Source of the DNA: Comamonadaceae bacterium
GTDB lineage: Bacteria; Pseudomonadota; Gammaproteobacteria; Burkholderiales; Burkholderiaceae_C
Direction of reading: 5' to 3'
NCBI GenBank assembly: GCA_947464665.1
Contig: CANHXV010000001.1
Location: forward strand, 1-53,491
DNA: 53,491 nucleotides
Below, piece by piece: positions 27,833 through 38,001 of this stretch. The notes below the pieces were generated by a model. The model searched no databases and was not told the origin of the DNA. It saw only the letters and a list, made by a program, of their open reading frames with translations. The translations under genes and the position numbers were made by a program. The stretch's first letter is position 1; each line of letters opens with the position of its first letter.

Positions 27833-28765
27833 ATGTTGGTCAACAAAAAACAAACGGTCTATGTCATCCTGGCCTTGATTGTCTTGGCACTTATTCCCAC
27901 GCTGTTGCCCGGATATAAAACCAGCATTGCTACCGAAATACTCATTTTTTCCATACTGGCGATGTCGGTAGACATCATGGCGGGATTCACTGGAAGAACT
28001 TCCTTGTGCCACGGTGCCATCTTTGGTGTGGCCACTTACGTGGTCCTGCACTACGTCACGGTGGTTGGTGGCTCAGTCTGGTTGGGCGCTTTATTAGGCA
28101 TATTGGCTGCTATGCTAATTTCGATGATCTTTGCCGCGTTGGCGATCAGAACATCGGGCGTGTATTTTATTTTGCTGACCTTGGCGCTGGGCATGATTGT
28201 GTGGGGTGTGTGTCTCCGCTGGACTTCTGTGACTGGCGGTGAAAACGGCATTCGAGGCAGTGTTGCACCCGAGTGGTTGCTCAATAAAAAAAATCTTTAC
28301 TACTTTGTTGCAGCCTGCTTTGCCGTGGTCACGCTTTGCATGTGGAAGTTTGTCAATTCACCCTTTGGCCTGACCTTGAAGGGGATTCGAGACAGTGAGT
28401 CACGCATGCGAACATTGGGATACAACGTTCCGTTGCACTTGTTCATCGGCTTTGTCGTGTCCGGATTCTTTGCGGGCGTTGCGGGAGCTTTGTACGCCTT
28501 CTTCAACAGCTTTGTCAGTCCTTCCACCGTGGCTTTGGCTCAGTCCGTAGAAGGCTTGTTAATGGCCATTGTGGGAGGCGTGGGTACTTTATTCGGCGCC
28601 ATCATTGGGGCCATTCTGGTCATTTCTCTGGAAAATTTTGTCAGTTTGTACACCGAGCGCTGGTTGATGGTACTGGGATTTATGTTCATCTTCACGATGA
28701 TCTTTGCCCCAACCGGATTCCTTGGCGCTGCCCGTATTTTCATTAAATCATTTGAGAAGAAGTGA
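27833..28765 (+). CDS. HAAT (LivM-like) ABC permease
   Basis: GVYFILLTLA, TGGENG, SPFGLTLKGIRDSE and GGVGTLFGA. Confidence 0.94.
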   Translation: MLVNKKQTVYVILALIVLALIPTLLPGYKTSIATEILIFSILAMSVDIMAGFTGRTSLCHGAIFGVATYVVLHYVTVVGGSVWLGALLGILAAMLISMIFAALAIRTSGVYFILLTLALGMIVWGVCLRWTSVTGGENGIRGSVAPEWLLNKKNLYYFVAACFAVVTLCMWKFVNSPFGLTLKGIRDSESRMRTLGYNVPLHLFIGFVVSGFFAGVAGALYAFFNSFVSPSTVALAQSVEGLLMAIVGGVGTLFGAIIGAILVISLENFVSLYTERWLMVLGFMFIFTMIFAPTGFLGAARIFIKSFEKK

Positions 28766-28815
28766 GTTAGTCGTCGTTGTTTTCCCTTTGTTTATTTACT
28801 AATCAGGAGTGCATC

Positions 28816-30072
28816 ATGGAACGTAGAAATTTTGTTAAATCCGTCGGTTTGACTGTGGCTGCAGGCGCTGCACCATGGCTTAATACTGCGCAAGCCCAAA
28901 CAGGGCCTATTCGCATTGGTTTGTTGTCGCCTCTTACCGGGGTTTTGGCTGCTGGCGGCAAAGAACTGGTAGAGGGCTTTGAGTTGTATTGGAAGCAAAA
29001 TGGTTTGACCTTGGCAGGACGTCAGGTCGAGATCGTGATTGAAGACGATGGCTCCAACCCAGACATGGCCTTGCAAAAATCACGTCGACTGGTTGAGCAG
29101 CGAAATGTGCACTTCCTGATGGGTAGCGTGCTGGCCAACACGGGTCTGGCCATCTCGGAATATGCCCGCTCTAGCGGAACACCTTATTTCATTCCAGTTG
29201 TAGCTGCAGACGATTTGACGCAGCGTAAAGCGGTACCCAACATTGTTCGTGTGGCTGGGTACTCTGCAAGTCAGATGCCACGCCCCTTGGCAGAGTATGC
29301 CTACAACGTCAAGAAAGTTCGCAAGATCGTGACGATTTCGCAAGACTACACATTCGGACATGAGCAATGCGGTGGCTTTTGCCAGACATTCTCCGAATTG
29401 GGAGGTCAGGTCATTCAGCAGTTCTGGCATCCCATCAACACGGCAGACTTCAGCCCCTACTTGGCGCAAATCAGAAATGCCGGCGCCGATGCTGTCTTTG
29501 TGATGGAAACGGGTGCCGATGCCAACCGCTTTATCAAGCAGTATCAGAACTTTGGCCTGCAGGGTAAGTTACCCATGTTCGGCGCCATGAATTTGACGGA
29601 TCAGTCGGTCATTCGCACACTTGGTGCCGAGGCGGGGGGCATCATTTCTTCAGCCCACTTTGCTGAAGGCTCTGACATTGCTGCGACCAAGAAATTCGTT
29701 GCCGAATACAACGAGGCTTTTGCTAAATTGCCCTCTATTTATGGCTTTTCTCACTATTCGGGCGCAATGTGGATTGCCGAAGCGATCAAGAAAATCAACG
29801 GCAGGGTAGAGGACAAGACGGCATTCCTCAATGCAGTTAAGTCGACCGAATTGACCAATTCCCCATTGGGCCGTCCTGTCAAATTAGACAAGTATGGCAA
29901 TCCAGTCTACGACGTATTTATTCGTGAGACAAAAGTGCGGCCTGATGGCAAGTACTGGAACGTTCCAATCGAAGTTTATCCAGGCGTTTCGCAGTTTGGA
30001 AAGTACGACCCTGAGGTTTACATGAAGCAACCCTCTTACAGTCGTGATTTCCAAGGGATCAAGAAGTCCTGA
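28816..30072 (+). CDS. HAAT ABC substrate-binding protein with Tat signal
   Basis: MERRNFVK twin-arginine signal after an AGGAG RBS, IRIGLLSPLTG, EDDGSNPD and DYTFGHE. Confidence 0.93.
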   Translation: MERRNFVKSVGLTVAAGAAPWLNTAQAQTGPIRIGLLSPLTGVLAAGGKELVEGFELYWKQNGLTLAGRQVEIVIEDDGSNPDMALQKSRRLVEQRNVHFLMGSVLANTGLAISEYARSSGTPYFIPVVAADDLTQRKAVPNIVRVAGYSASQMPRPLAEYAYNVKKVRKIVTISQDYTFGHEQCGGFCQTFSELGGQVIQQFWHPINTADFSPYLAQIRNAGADAVFVMETGADANRFIKQYQNFGLQGKLPMFGAMNLTDQSVIRTLGAEAGGIISSAHFAEGSDIAATKKFVAEYNEAFAKLPSIYGFSHYSGAMWIAEAIKKINGRVEDKTAFLNAVKSTELTNSPLGRPVKLDKYGNPVYDVFIRETKVRPDGKYWNVPIEVYPGVSQFGKYDPEVYMKQPSYSRDFQGIKKS

Positions 30073-30103
30073 TCGTTTGATCTAAAACCATTGAAGCAAG
30101 CCA

Positions 30104-30139
30104 GCCAGTGTGTCTGAGTTAGTTATCAGGCGCACTGGC
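30104..30139 (+). other. Intercistronic stem-loop after the substrate-binding protein gene
   Basis: GCCAGTGTGTCTGA pairs with TCAGGCGCACTGGC (14 bp including G-U pairs). No U-tract, so more likely an mRNA-stabilising hairpin than a terminator. Confidence 0.6.
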
Positions 30140-30156
30140 CATTCAGGGATATCTTT

Positions 30157-30912
30157 GTGACGAATTCCATTCTTTCTCTTCGAAACGTCAGTGTCACCTT
30201 TGGTGCGTTACGGGCGGTGGACGGGGTGACCTTGTCGGTACCCGCAGGCCAGAGGCGGGCCATTATTGGCCCCAATGGTGCCGGTAAAACCACATTGTTC
30301 AATGCCATTGCTGGGGTGGTTCCCATTTCTAGTGGAGACGTTCACTTTGATGGTGTTGACATGACGCGTTTCACGACCAACAAACGGGCAAGTCTGGGAA
30401 TTTCGCGAACATTTCAGATCACAAATTTGTTTCCACAGTTGTCTGTCCAGGAAAATATTCGCTTGGCAGTTTGCGGGCTTTCAAGTCGAAAATTTTCTTT
30501 ATTTGGCAGCGGTCAGCCAAATCCTGCAGAAAAAGAAGCCATTGAGTTGGCACTTGAAAATTCGCAGTTGATTGAGCAGCGTAAAACGGAGGTCAAAACC
30601 TTGTCTTACGGTGAACAGCGACAACTGGAAATGGCCATGGCACTGGTTCAGAAACCTAAATTGCTGCTGCTAGATGAGCCAGCTGCCGGGTTGTCGCCTG
30701 CAGAGCGGGTCAAAATGGCCGATGTCATCAACGCCCTGCCAAGAGATCTCACACTTATTTTGATTGAACACGATATGGACCTTGCCTTGGGTTTGGTTGA
30801 CTACGTCACGTGCCTGCATTTCGGGCAAGTGCTCACAGGCGGTACACCTGACGAGATACGTGTCGATGAAAAGGTCCAAGAGGTTTACTTGGGAAAGCCG
30901 CGCCATGCTTGA
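30157..30912 (+). CDS. HAAT ABC ATP-binding protein (LivG-like)
   Basis: GPNGAGKTT, RTFQ, LSYGEQR and LDEPAAG. Confidence 0.95.
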   Translation: MTNSILSLRNVSVTFGALRAVDGVTLSVPAGQRRAIIGPNGAGKTTLFNAIAGVVPISSGDVHFDGVDMTRFTTNKRASLGISRTFQITNLFPQLSVQENIRLAVCGLSSRKFSLFGSGQPNPAEKEAIELALENSQLIEQRKTEVKTLSYGEQRQLEMAMALVQKPKLLLLDEPAAGLSPAERVKMADVINALPRDLTLILIEHDMDLALGLVDYVTCLHFGQVLTGGTPDEIRVDEKVQEVYLGKPRHA

Positions 30913-31609
30913 AATTAATGATCTGCACAGTTACTACGGTGACGCCCACATTTTGCGCGGCGTCAACATGAAGGTGTCGAAAGGCAAGGTTGTCGCTTTG
31001 TTAGGGCGTAACGGCATGGGGAAGACCACGCTGATCCGTTCAATCATGGGCTTGAATCCCCCACGGATTAGCAAAGGCAGTGTCAAATACGATGGGCACG
31101 AACTGGTGGGTCTAAGCCCGCATGTGATCGCATCTAAGCGCATAGGATTTGTTCCGCAAGGAAGGCGCCTTTTTGCATCGCTGACCGTCACCGAACACTT
31201 GACGGTTTTTGCCTCTCAAAATCCTGACAGCAAATGGACCATGAAGAGGATGTACGAGCTGTTTCCTCGTCTTGAAGAGCGCAAGAACAACTTGGGCAAC
31301 CAGCTCTCCGGTGGAGAGCGACAAATGTTGGCGGTAGCCAGAGCCCTGATGACTGATCCTGAAATGTTGTTGATGGATGAGCCCACCGAAGGCTTGGCGC
31401 CTGTCATGGTTCAACACTTGGAAGAAATCGTCGCCGAGTTGGGTAAAGCCGGTTTGGGGATCTTATTGGTTGAACAGAATCTCTACAGCGCCTTGTCAGT
31501 GGCCAATGAGGTCTACCTGATGGAGACGGGCGAAATTGTTCATCACTGCCTTCCCAATGAGTTGATGAATGACCGTGACACCATGCAGCGGTTCCTCGGT
31601 GTTCGGTAA
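30905..31609 (+). CDS. HAAT ABC ATP-binding protein (LivF-like)
   Basis: GRNGMGKTT, VPQGRRLF, LSGGERQM and MDEPTEGLAP. Confidence 0.95.
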   Translation: MLEINDLHSYYGDAHILRGVNMKVSKGKVVALLGRNGMGKTTLIRSIMGLNPPRISKGSVKYDGHELVGLSPHVIASKRIGFVPQGRRLFASLTVTEHLTVFASQNPDSKWTMKRMYELFPRLEERKNNLGNQLSGGERQMLAVARALMTDPEMLLMDEPTEGLAPVMVQHLEEIVAELGKAGLGILLVEQNLYSALSVANEVYLMETGEIVHHCLPNELMNDRDTMQRFLGVR

Positions 31610-31627
31610 ACCTCGAACTAGAAAGCT

Positions 31628-33046
31628 ATGACAGATCAATTCGCGAATTTGGGTGTGTGTGATGCGGCCAGCGCAATTGCACGAGGCGAGGTCAGCTCGG
31701 AAAGATTGACGAAAGTTTCTTTAGACCGTTTGCAGACGCTGGGTTCAAAATTGAATTGCGTAGCTTCTCTGCAGGTAGACGCAGCATTGGATGCTGCACG
31801 CAGGGCCGATGTTCTCAGATCCAAAGGGCAAGCTTTAGGTCTTTTGCATGGCGTACCTATGGCGCACAAGGAGTTGTTTTACAGGCAAGGTCGAAAAACC
31901 AATGATGGTTCTATCATCACGAAAGACTTCATCCCGCAAGAGACCTCAACAGCTTTGACACGCTTGGACAAAGCCGGAGCCATTGATCTTGGCCTTTTGC
32001 ACATGGCAGAATTTGCCATGAGTCCTACAGGTTTTAATTTGCATTATGGCCACGTGAGAAATCCCTGGAATACGGATGCTTGCCCCGGAGGATCTTCGAG
32101 TGGTTCTGGTGCAGCAGTAGCAGCCAGATTAACTTACGCCTCTTTGGGCACCGATACAGGAGGATCGATTCGTCATCCGTCGGCAATGTGCGGCGTCACT
32201 GGCCTAAAACCAACCTGGTCTAGGGTAAGCTCGTTTGGGGTCATGCCCTTGTCTAAATCACTAGACTGCGTTGGCCCATTGGCCAGAAGCGCACGCGATT
32301 GTGCTCGTTTATTGACGGTTGTGGCAGGACATGATCCCTTGGACAATTCAAGTAGTCTAGAGGCTGTTCCAGATTACGAGAGCATGTTGGAAGGCGACTT
32401 ACGTGGCATGAAAATAGCCGTACCTGGAGGCTATTACCGCGAGCACCTTGATGCTGGCGTAGCAAGTTGTATCGTAGAGGCTGAACGTGTTTTCACAAGC
32501 TTGGGAGCTGCCATCATTCGGACTGAACCTCCGAACATGACAGACATCAACCGTTTGATGTCGATTGTGCTGACGGTGGAGGCTGCATCTCTCCACAAGC
32601 ACTGGATTGAGACACGGCGTCAAGATTACGCGGAGCAAGTTCTTGCGCGTTTCATGCCTGGCTTTGATTTCACAGGTATTGATTACTACGAAGCCATCAG
32701 CGCGAGGAGGGAATGTGCGCTCAAGTGGGTGGGCATGACGATGGGTGATGCCGATTGTGCTTTGCTTCCCACGATACCGGTCCAGGTTCCCAGCATCGCT
32801 GAAACCACTCAGGGTGACTGGAGTGTCATCTCCAAAAAAATTGCCACCATCACGCATTGCAACCGTGCCATCAATTATTTGGGACTGCCTGCACTGAGTG
32901 TTCCTGCAGGATTTGTGAATGCGATGCCCGTGGCGTTTCAGTTGGTTGGCCGGGCGTTTGACGAAGGCAAGTTGTTAAAGATGGGTCATGCATTTCAGAC
33001 CATGACCCAGTGGCATCAGGCTGTGCCGGCATCGTACATGTCTTGA
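31628..33046 (+). CDS. Amidase-signature family amidase
   Basis: LHGVPMAHK, PGGSSSGSG and GTDTGGSIR (Ser-cisSer-Lys triad). Confidence 0.94.
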   Translation: MTDQFANLGVCDAASAIARGEVSSERLTKVSLDRLQTLGSKLNCVASLQVDAALDAARRADVLRSKGQALGLLHGVPMAHKELFYRQGRKTNDGSIITKDFIPQETSTALTRLDKAGAIDLGLLHMAEFAMSPTGFNLHYGHVRNPWNTDACPGGSSSGSGAAVAARLTYASLGTDTGGSIRHPSAMCGVTGLKPTWSRVSSFGVMPLSKSLDCVGPLARSARDCARLLTVVAGHDPLDNSSSLEAVPDYESMLEGDLRGMKIAVPGGYYREHLDAGVASCIVEAERVFTSLGAAIIRTEPPNMTDINRLMSIVLTVEAASLHKHWIETRRQDYAEQVLARFMPGFDFTGIDYYEAISARRECALKWVGMTMGDADCALLPTIPVQVPSIAETTQGDWSVISKKIATITHCNRAINYLGLPALSVPAGFVNAMPVAFQLVGRAFDEGKLLKMGHAFQTMTQWHQAVPASYMS

Positions 33047-33059
33047 CCCCCTCAAATGA

Positions 33060-33968
33060 ATGGATACTTTGTCCCGCATGACAACAGTTGGCGTAATTGG
33101 ATTAGGTGTGATGGGTCTTGCCATGGCTCAGAACTTGAGTCGGTCAGGTTTTACGGTGTATGGCTACGACATCGACGCCAAACGTAAAAAATTATTCAAG
33201 CAGGCCAACGGATCCGTTTGTCGTTCTGTTCAAGAGCTGGCAGGATACGTTGATGTGCTGATCACGTCTTTGCCATCGGCACAAGCGCTGATGACGGTGT
33301 GTGGTTTGCTAGCAGAATCGCAAGTTCGAAAACTGACAGTGATCGAAACAAGCACCTTGCAGATCAAGGAAAAAATAGCTGCAAAGCGCCTGCTGATTCC
33401 AGCCCAAATGGTGATGCTCGACTGTCCTTTATCGGGGACCGGATCACAGGCGAAAACGAAAGACTTGGTGGTGTACGGAAGTGGTCAAATCGCCGCCTTC
33501 AAAAAGGTCAGGCTTGTCTTGCAAGGCTTTTCCCGAAATCAGTTTTATCTAGGCGCCTTTGGCAATGGCATGAAGCTGAAAATGATTGCTAATTATTTGG
33601 TGGCTGTTCACAACGCAGCAACTGCTGAAGCCTTGGTATTGGCGGAGAGGGCCAACTTAGATCTGGAACTTGTACTCGCCGCCATTGGCGACAGCGCGGG
33701 GCAATCCAAGATGTGGCAAATCAGAGGCCCTCGCATGGTGACGGCTGATTATTCGCCCATGATGTCGATGCACCTATGGCAAAAAGACATGGGCATCATC
33801 TCTCAATTTGTTGCGGATTCAGGCGCACCGTCTCCGGTATTTGATCAAGCTCGTGCCCTTTACGACTTGGCATATCAGGCTGGTTATGGTGACAGTGATA
33901 GTTCTGTCATTCACCGTATTCTGAAATCTATGCCCCATGCGTCATTCAAAGCCACCTCGGAGGATTGA
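33060..33968 (+). CDS. Beta-hydroxyacid dehydrogenase (3-hydroxyisobutyrate dehydrogenase family)
   Basis: IGLGVMG, IETST, DCPLSG, KMIAN and KDM. Confidence 0.92.
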   Translation: MDTLSRMTTVGVIGLGVMGLAMAQNLSRSGFTVYGYDIDAKRKKLFKQANGSVCRSVQELAGYVDVLITSLPSAQALMTVCGLLAESQVRKLTVIETSTLQIKEKIAAKRLLIPAQMVMLDCPLSGTGSQAKTKDLVVYGSGQIAAFKKVRLVLQGFSRNQFYLGAFGNGMKLKMIANYLVAVHNAATAEALVLAERANLDLELVLAAIGDSAGQSKMWQIRGPRMVTADYSPMMSMHLWQKDMGIISQFVADSGAPSPVFDQARALYDLAYQAGYGDSDSSVIHRILKSMPHASFKATSED

Positions 33969-34050
33969 ATGCATCGAAACTGCCATCTTTTCCCACTGAG
34001 CACCTGGCAACAAATGACTTGCGACGTCTTGACTTATCGAGTTTGATTCC

Positions 34051-34539
34051 TTGACCAAAATACATTTCAATGGTGAATGGAAAACGGTCGAGGTCATTGA
34101 ACAGACGCCGCTGCTCTATGTTTTACGGCAGCAACTTGATTGTCAAAGTGTGCGCTTTGGTTGTGGGAGTGGTCACTGTGGCTCATGCACTGTTGGTTTG
34201 AATGGAATGGCGGTTCAGTCGTGTGACACCCCTTTGGGGGCTGTTGAGAATCAAAGCGTAGAAACCGTCGACTATTTGATCTCTGGCAAAATAGGTTCTG
34301 AGGTGTATCAGTCATTCATCGATGTACAGGCGGCGCAGTGCGGCTATTGCATTAATGGCATCCTGGTCTCTTTGGTACTGATGTTTCGACAAAACCTTGC
34401 GCCTGATCGCGACAAGATTCTCAGCGTACTAGATCGCCATTTATGCCGTTGCGGAACGCATACAAGAATTCTCAGGGCGGTTGATCTGGCAAAAAAGCGC
34501 TTGGCTGCCTTGGCGCCACAAGATTTGGATTGTGCTTGA
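34051..34539 (+). CDS. 2Fe-2S subunit of a molybdenum hydroxylase (NicA/IorA-like)
   Basis: RFGCGSGHCGSC, QAAQCGYCING and HLCRCGTH. Confidence 0.92.
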   Translation: MTKIHFNGEWKTVEVIEQTPLLYVLRQQLDCQSVRFGCGSGHCGSCTVGLNGMAVQSCDTPLGAVENQSVETVDYLISGKIGSEVYQSFIDVQAAQCGYCINGILVSLVLMFRQNLAPDRDKILSVLDRHLCRCGTHTRILRAVDLAKKRLAALAPQDLDCA

Positions 34540-34582
34540 TGAGGTGCCTTTATCAATCAAACCTGTTGTTAGAAGGCCCGAG

Positions 34583-36685
34583 ATGATGCAGATCTCGTTG
34601 CCAATGGGGATCGTGAAAAATCCTGTCCTTCATCAATGGTTGTCGTTTGAAACGCAACATACCATCACCTTGCATTCCGGTAAAGTCGAATTGGGCCAAG
34701 GTGTTGAGATCGCGCTTCAACAAATCGCCTGTGATGCATTGGGAGTTGATCCAGATCAGCTTCAATTCGAGGGTGGAAATACGCTGCATGGCCCTGATGA
34801 GGGCCACACAGCAGGCAGTCAGTCCATCGATCAAGGGGGTCATGCGGTGCGCATGGCATGCTTGTTTGCACGTCAAATTTTTTATCAATCTGCAGCCGAT
34901 GAGTTGGGTGTCGCACCAGATCTCATCGAACTTGAGCGGGGAATTTTCTCAAGCAAAGGGTCGGACAAGTCCTGTACCTATTGGTCCTTGCTGCACCGGG
35001 TTAATTTGATGCAGCCGATCAGTCCATCAATGCAAACAGCGCCTAGCAGATGGGTCGGTCAAAGTGTCAAAAGGCCAGACTTTGTTCAGAAGTTGTCTGG
35101 CGCAGGCTTTATCCACGATTTCAGTTTGCCCGGTATGTTACATGCCAGAATGATTCGTGGACCTATAGGTGAGTCGACCATTGATTTTGTGGATCTGCCA
35201 GCCATTGGCCGTCTTGCTGGGATCCAACATGTGATTCATTCAAAGGACTTTTTGGCGGTAGTGGGCCCCAAGGAAGATGAATTGGTCAAAGCAACAGACA
35301 AAGCTCGCGCTTTTGTTCGGTTCTCATTGAAAAGTCCGCTACCCATCGCTTCAGAGACGGAAGCCCTGCTGACGAGTTTGGCAGGCGAATCAAAAACCGT
35401 TCATCAGACGGGTGAGCGACAGGCGGTGAGTCTGTCGCATGAGGCTCGCTATTCAAGGCCCTACATTGCCCACGGATCGATCGGTCCATCCTGTGCATTG
35501 GCACAGTGGGTCAGTGGGCAAATGAAAGTTTGGTCGCATACGCAGGGTGTTTTTCCGTTGCGTTCCGATTTGGCCAAAGCATTCCATCTGACGCTGGATG
35601 CGGTTCAGGTATTTCATATGCACGGTTCGGGCTGTTACGGTCACAATGGTGCTGACGACGTCGCATTCGACGCGGCATTTATATCCTTCAAGTTGGGTGT
35701 GCCTATTCGCATGTTGTGGATGCGTGAAGATGAAATGACGGCATCTCCCTTGGGCGCACCCAGTCTGGTCAACATACGCGCAGGTGTTGATTCAGCAGGA
35801 CGAATTTCCGAATGGCATCTTTCGGTATGGAGTCATTCGCATCTGACGCGCCCAGGAGGCGCAGGTGTCAATCTATTGGGTGCATGGCAGGTGGAAGGAG
35901 GATCGGACAAGCCGACCCCTTCCGATTTGCCTTTGCCTGCGGGTGGCGGGCATCGCAATGCGGTTGCCTTCTATGACTTTGCTCACCAACAAGTCGACTA
36001 TGGCTTCATTCCTGACTCGACCCTGCGCACTTCGGCTTTGCGCAGTTTGGGCTCGTATGTCAATTTGTTTGCCATTGAATCATTCATGGATGAAATGGCA
36101 GAAAAAGCGTCCGTGGACGCCTTGGACTTTCGTTTGCAGCATCTGAGCGATTCACGTGCGGTGGCAGTTCTTACAAAGCTGGGAGCAGTCTGTGGGTGGG
36201 GCCATCAAGGTGAAGCAGACGGTTTGCATGGTTTGGGCTTGGGATTTGGCCGTTACAAAAACCTGTCAGGCTATTGTGCGGTGGCAGCGCTGATTCGTGT
36301 TGACGAAAAAATCACCGTTGAAAAAATTTGGGCTGTTGTCGATGTCGGCCTTGTAGTCAATCCAGATGGTTTGATCAATCAAATTGAGGGTGGTATCGTT
36401 CAGTCTTTAAGTTGGACGCTCAAAGAGCAAGTGACTTGGGACTCAGAGGGCATCACTTCGCGGACATGGGCTGAATATCCCATCATCTCTTTCAGTGAAA
36501 CTCCAGAGGTCGAAGTCCATGTGATTGATCGTCCGGATTGCCTGAGCTTGGGCAGCGGAGAAGTGGCAGCAGGCCCGGTTGCCGCTGCTATTGGGAATGC
36601 CTTGTACAGAGCAATTGGCATTCGAGCCAGACATTTGCCCTTGACACCGGCGCGTCTGACCCAAATGATTCTGACGTCTCAATAG
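34583..36685 (+). CDS. Molybdopterin-binding subunit (NicB/IorB-like, no cytochrome c domain)
   Basis: SGKVELGQG, TAGSQS, RPYIAHGSIGPSCALA, GSGCYGHNGADD, LRSLG..NLFAIESFMDE, NQIEGG and GSGE. No CxxCH. Start uncertain (34532-34604). Confidence 0.9.
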   Translation: MMQISLPMGIVKNPVLHQWLSFETQHTITLHSGKVELGQGVEIALQQIACDALGVDPDQLQFEGGNTLHGPDEGHTAGSQSIDQGGHAVRMACLFARQIFYQSAADELGVAPDLIELERGIFSSKGSDKSCTYWSLLHRVNLMQPISPSMQTAPSRWVGQSVKRPDFVQKLSGAGFIHDFSLPGMLHARMIRGPIGESTIDFVDLPAIGRLAGIQHVIHSKDFLAVVGPKEDELVKATDKARAFVRFSLKSPLPIASETEALLTSLAGESKTVHQTGERQAVSLSHEARYSRPYIAHGSIGPSCALAQWVSGQMKVWSHTQGVFPLRSDLAKAFHLTLDAVQVFHMHGSGCYGHNGADDVAFDAAFISFKLGVPIRMLWMREDEMTASPLGAPSLVNIRAGVDSAGRISEWHLSVWSHSHLTRPGGAGVNLLGAWQVEGGSDKPTPSDLPLPAGGGHRNAVAFYDFAHQQVDYGFIPDSTLRTSALRSLGSYVNLFAIESFMDEMAEKASVDALDFRLQHLSDSRAVAVLTKLGAVCGWGHQGEADGLHGLGLGFGRYKNLSGYCAVAALIRVDEKITVEKIWAVVDVGLVVNPDGLINQIEGGIVQSLSWTLKEQVTWDSEGITSRTWAEYPIISFSETPEVEVHVIDRPDCLSLGSGEVAAGPVAAAIGNALYRAIGIRARHLPLTPARLTQMILTSQ

Positions 36686-36787
36686 AGGAAGCGCAGTCTA
36701 AATTTCCATACCTGTTTCAATACGCCAATGGATTTCGATTCGACGGCATGTCAAATGTTAATTTTTCTTTGAAAGTTTGTTTGAACT

Positions 36788-37963
36788 ATGTTTTATACCT
36801 GCTCTTCTTCTTGTCAAAACACCTCTCACCGCCATTCACCCAGCGATGGGGCAGCGGGGATGTTTTCCTTACCCAGACAGACAGCTGCTTCAGCAGCGGC
36901 ATCCAAGCGGTCGCCTTCTTCTAAACCCTTGCCCAGCAAGGTGCTCAAACGAATCTCCCCCGCGAAGGTGGTAGATGTGCATTGCCATTACCTCAGTCCA
37001 GTTGTGGGTGCTAAATATGCGCATTTACACCCTGCCAAGCACGATGCCACCGCTGTTTACGCAACGGAATTGTCGCGACAAGTGAACATGAAGCAGATTC
37101 AGGAACGCGGGGCTAAGTTCAACCAAGTAGAGGTCAGGATCAAGGACATGGACAAGATGGGGATCGATCTCCAAGTGATCTCGCCAGCACCCATTCAATA
37201 CTTTTACTTTACCGAGCCTCAACTCGGTGCCCGCATATCTCGTGACATCAATGAGAGTATTGCGATGGTTGTTGAGCAACGACCTGATCGTTTTGTAGGG
37301 ATGGGCACGATTCCCCTGCAAGATGTTGAATTGGCTATCCAAGAGTTGGAGTATGCCGTTAACGTTCTGGGACTGCGCGGCGTTGAAATCTGCACCAATG
37401 TGAATGGCAAAAATTTGACTGATCCCGAATTGAAGCTGGAAAAGTTTTTTGCAAAAGCCGAGAGCATGGGGATCGTTCTTTTTTTACATCCCATGGGGTT
37501 TTCCGAAGGTCAGCGTTTTGTTGAGCATTACTTCAACAACGTCATGGGCAATCCTCTTGAAACAAGTTTGGCTTTGGGGCATCTTATTTTTGATGGCGTA
37601 CTGGCGCGGTATCCTAAGTTGAAAATTTTGGCCTCACACGGCGGTGGCTACATTGCGAGCTATTGGGCGCGAATGGACCATGCCTGGAAGGCCCGTGCAG
37701 ATGCTCGCACGGTCATCCAAAAAAAGCCCTCCAGTTACTTGGAAAAAATTTACTTTGACAGCATCACCCACGATTCACAAATTTTGGGCAATCTCGTTGA
37801 CCGTTATGGTGCCCAGCGCATTCTTCTAGGAACCGATTACCCTTTTGACATGGGTGAAGACCATCCAATCAAGTTGATCGAAAGCGTCCGCCACTTGAGT
37901 GAAAAAGATCGAACTTTCATCAAGGGCGGCAATGCCATGAAGCTCTTCAAGATCAAGGCTTAA
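36788..37963 (+). CDS. Amidohydrolase_2 family (ACMSD-like decarboxylase/hydrolase)
   Basis: DVHCH, MDKMGIDLQVISP, FLHPMG, SHGGG and LGTDYPFDM. Confidence 0.9.
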   Translation: MFYTCSSSCQNTSHRHSPSDGAAGMFSLPRQTAASAAASKRSPSSKPLPSKVLKRISPAKVVDVHCHYLSPVVGAKYAHLHPAKHDATAVYATELSRQVNMKQIQERGAKFNQVEVRIKDMDKMGIDLQVISPAPIQYFYFTEPQLGARISRDINESIAMVVEQRPDRFVGMGTIPLQDVELAIQELEYAVNVLGLRGVEICTNVNGKNLTDPELKLEKFFAKAESMGIVLFLHPMGFSEGQRFVEHYFNNVMGNPLETSLALGHLIFDGVLARYPKLKILASHGGGYIASYWARMDHAWKARADARTVIQKKPSSYLEKIYFDSITHDSQILGNLVDRYGAQRILLGTDYPFDMGEDHPIKLIESVRHLSEKDRTFIKGGNAMKLFKIKA

Positions 37964-38001
37964 GTCAAAGAGTCGAAAACGCACTGAACTAGGGAGAGAA
38001 T

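Noticed and set aside
34051-36685. Calling the cluster a nicotinate (nic) pathway
   Set aside because: No NicC monooxygenase, NicX dioxygenase or maleate isomerase is present in the window.
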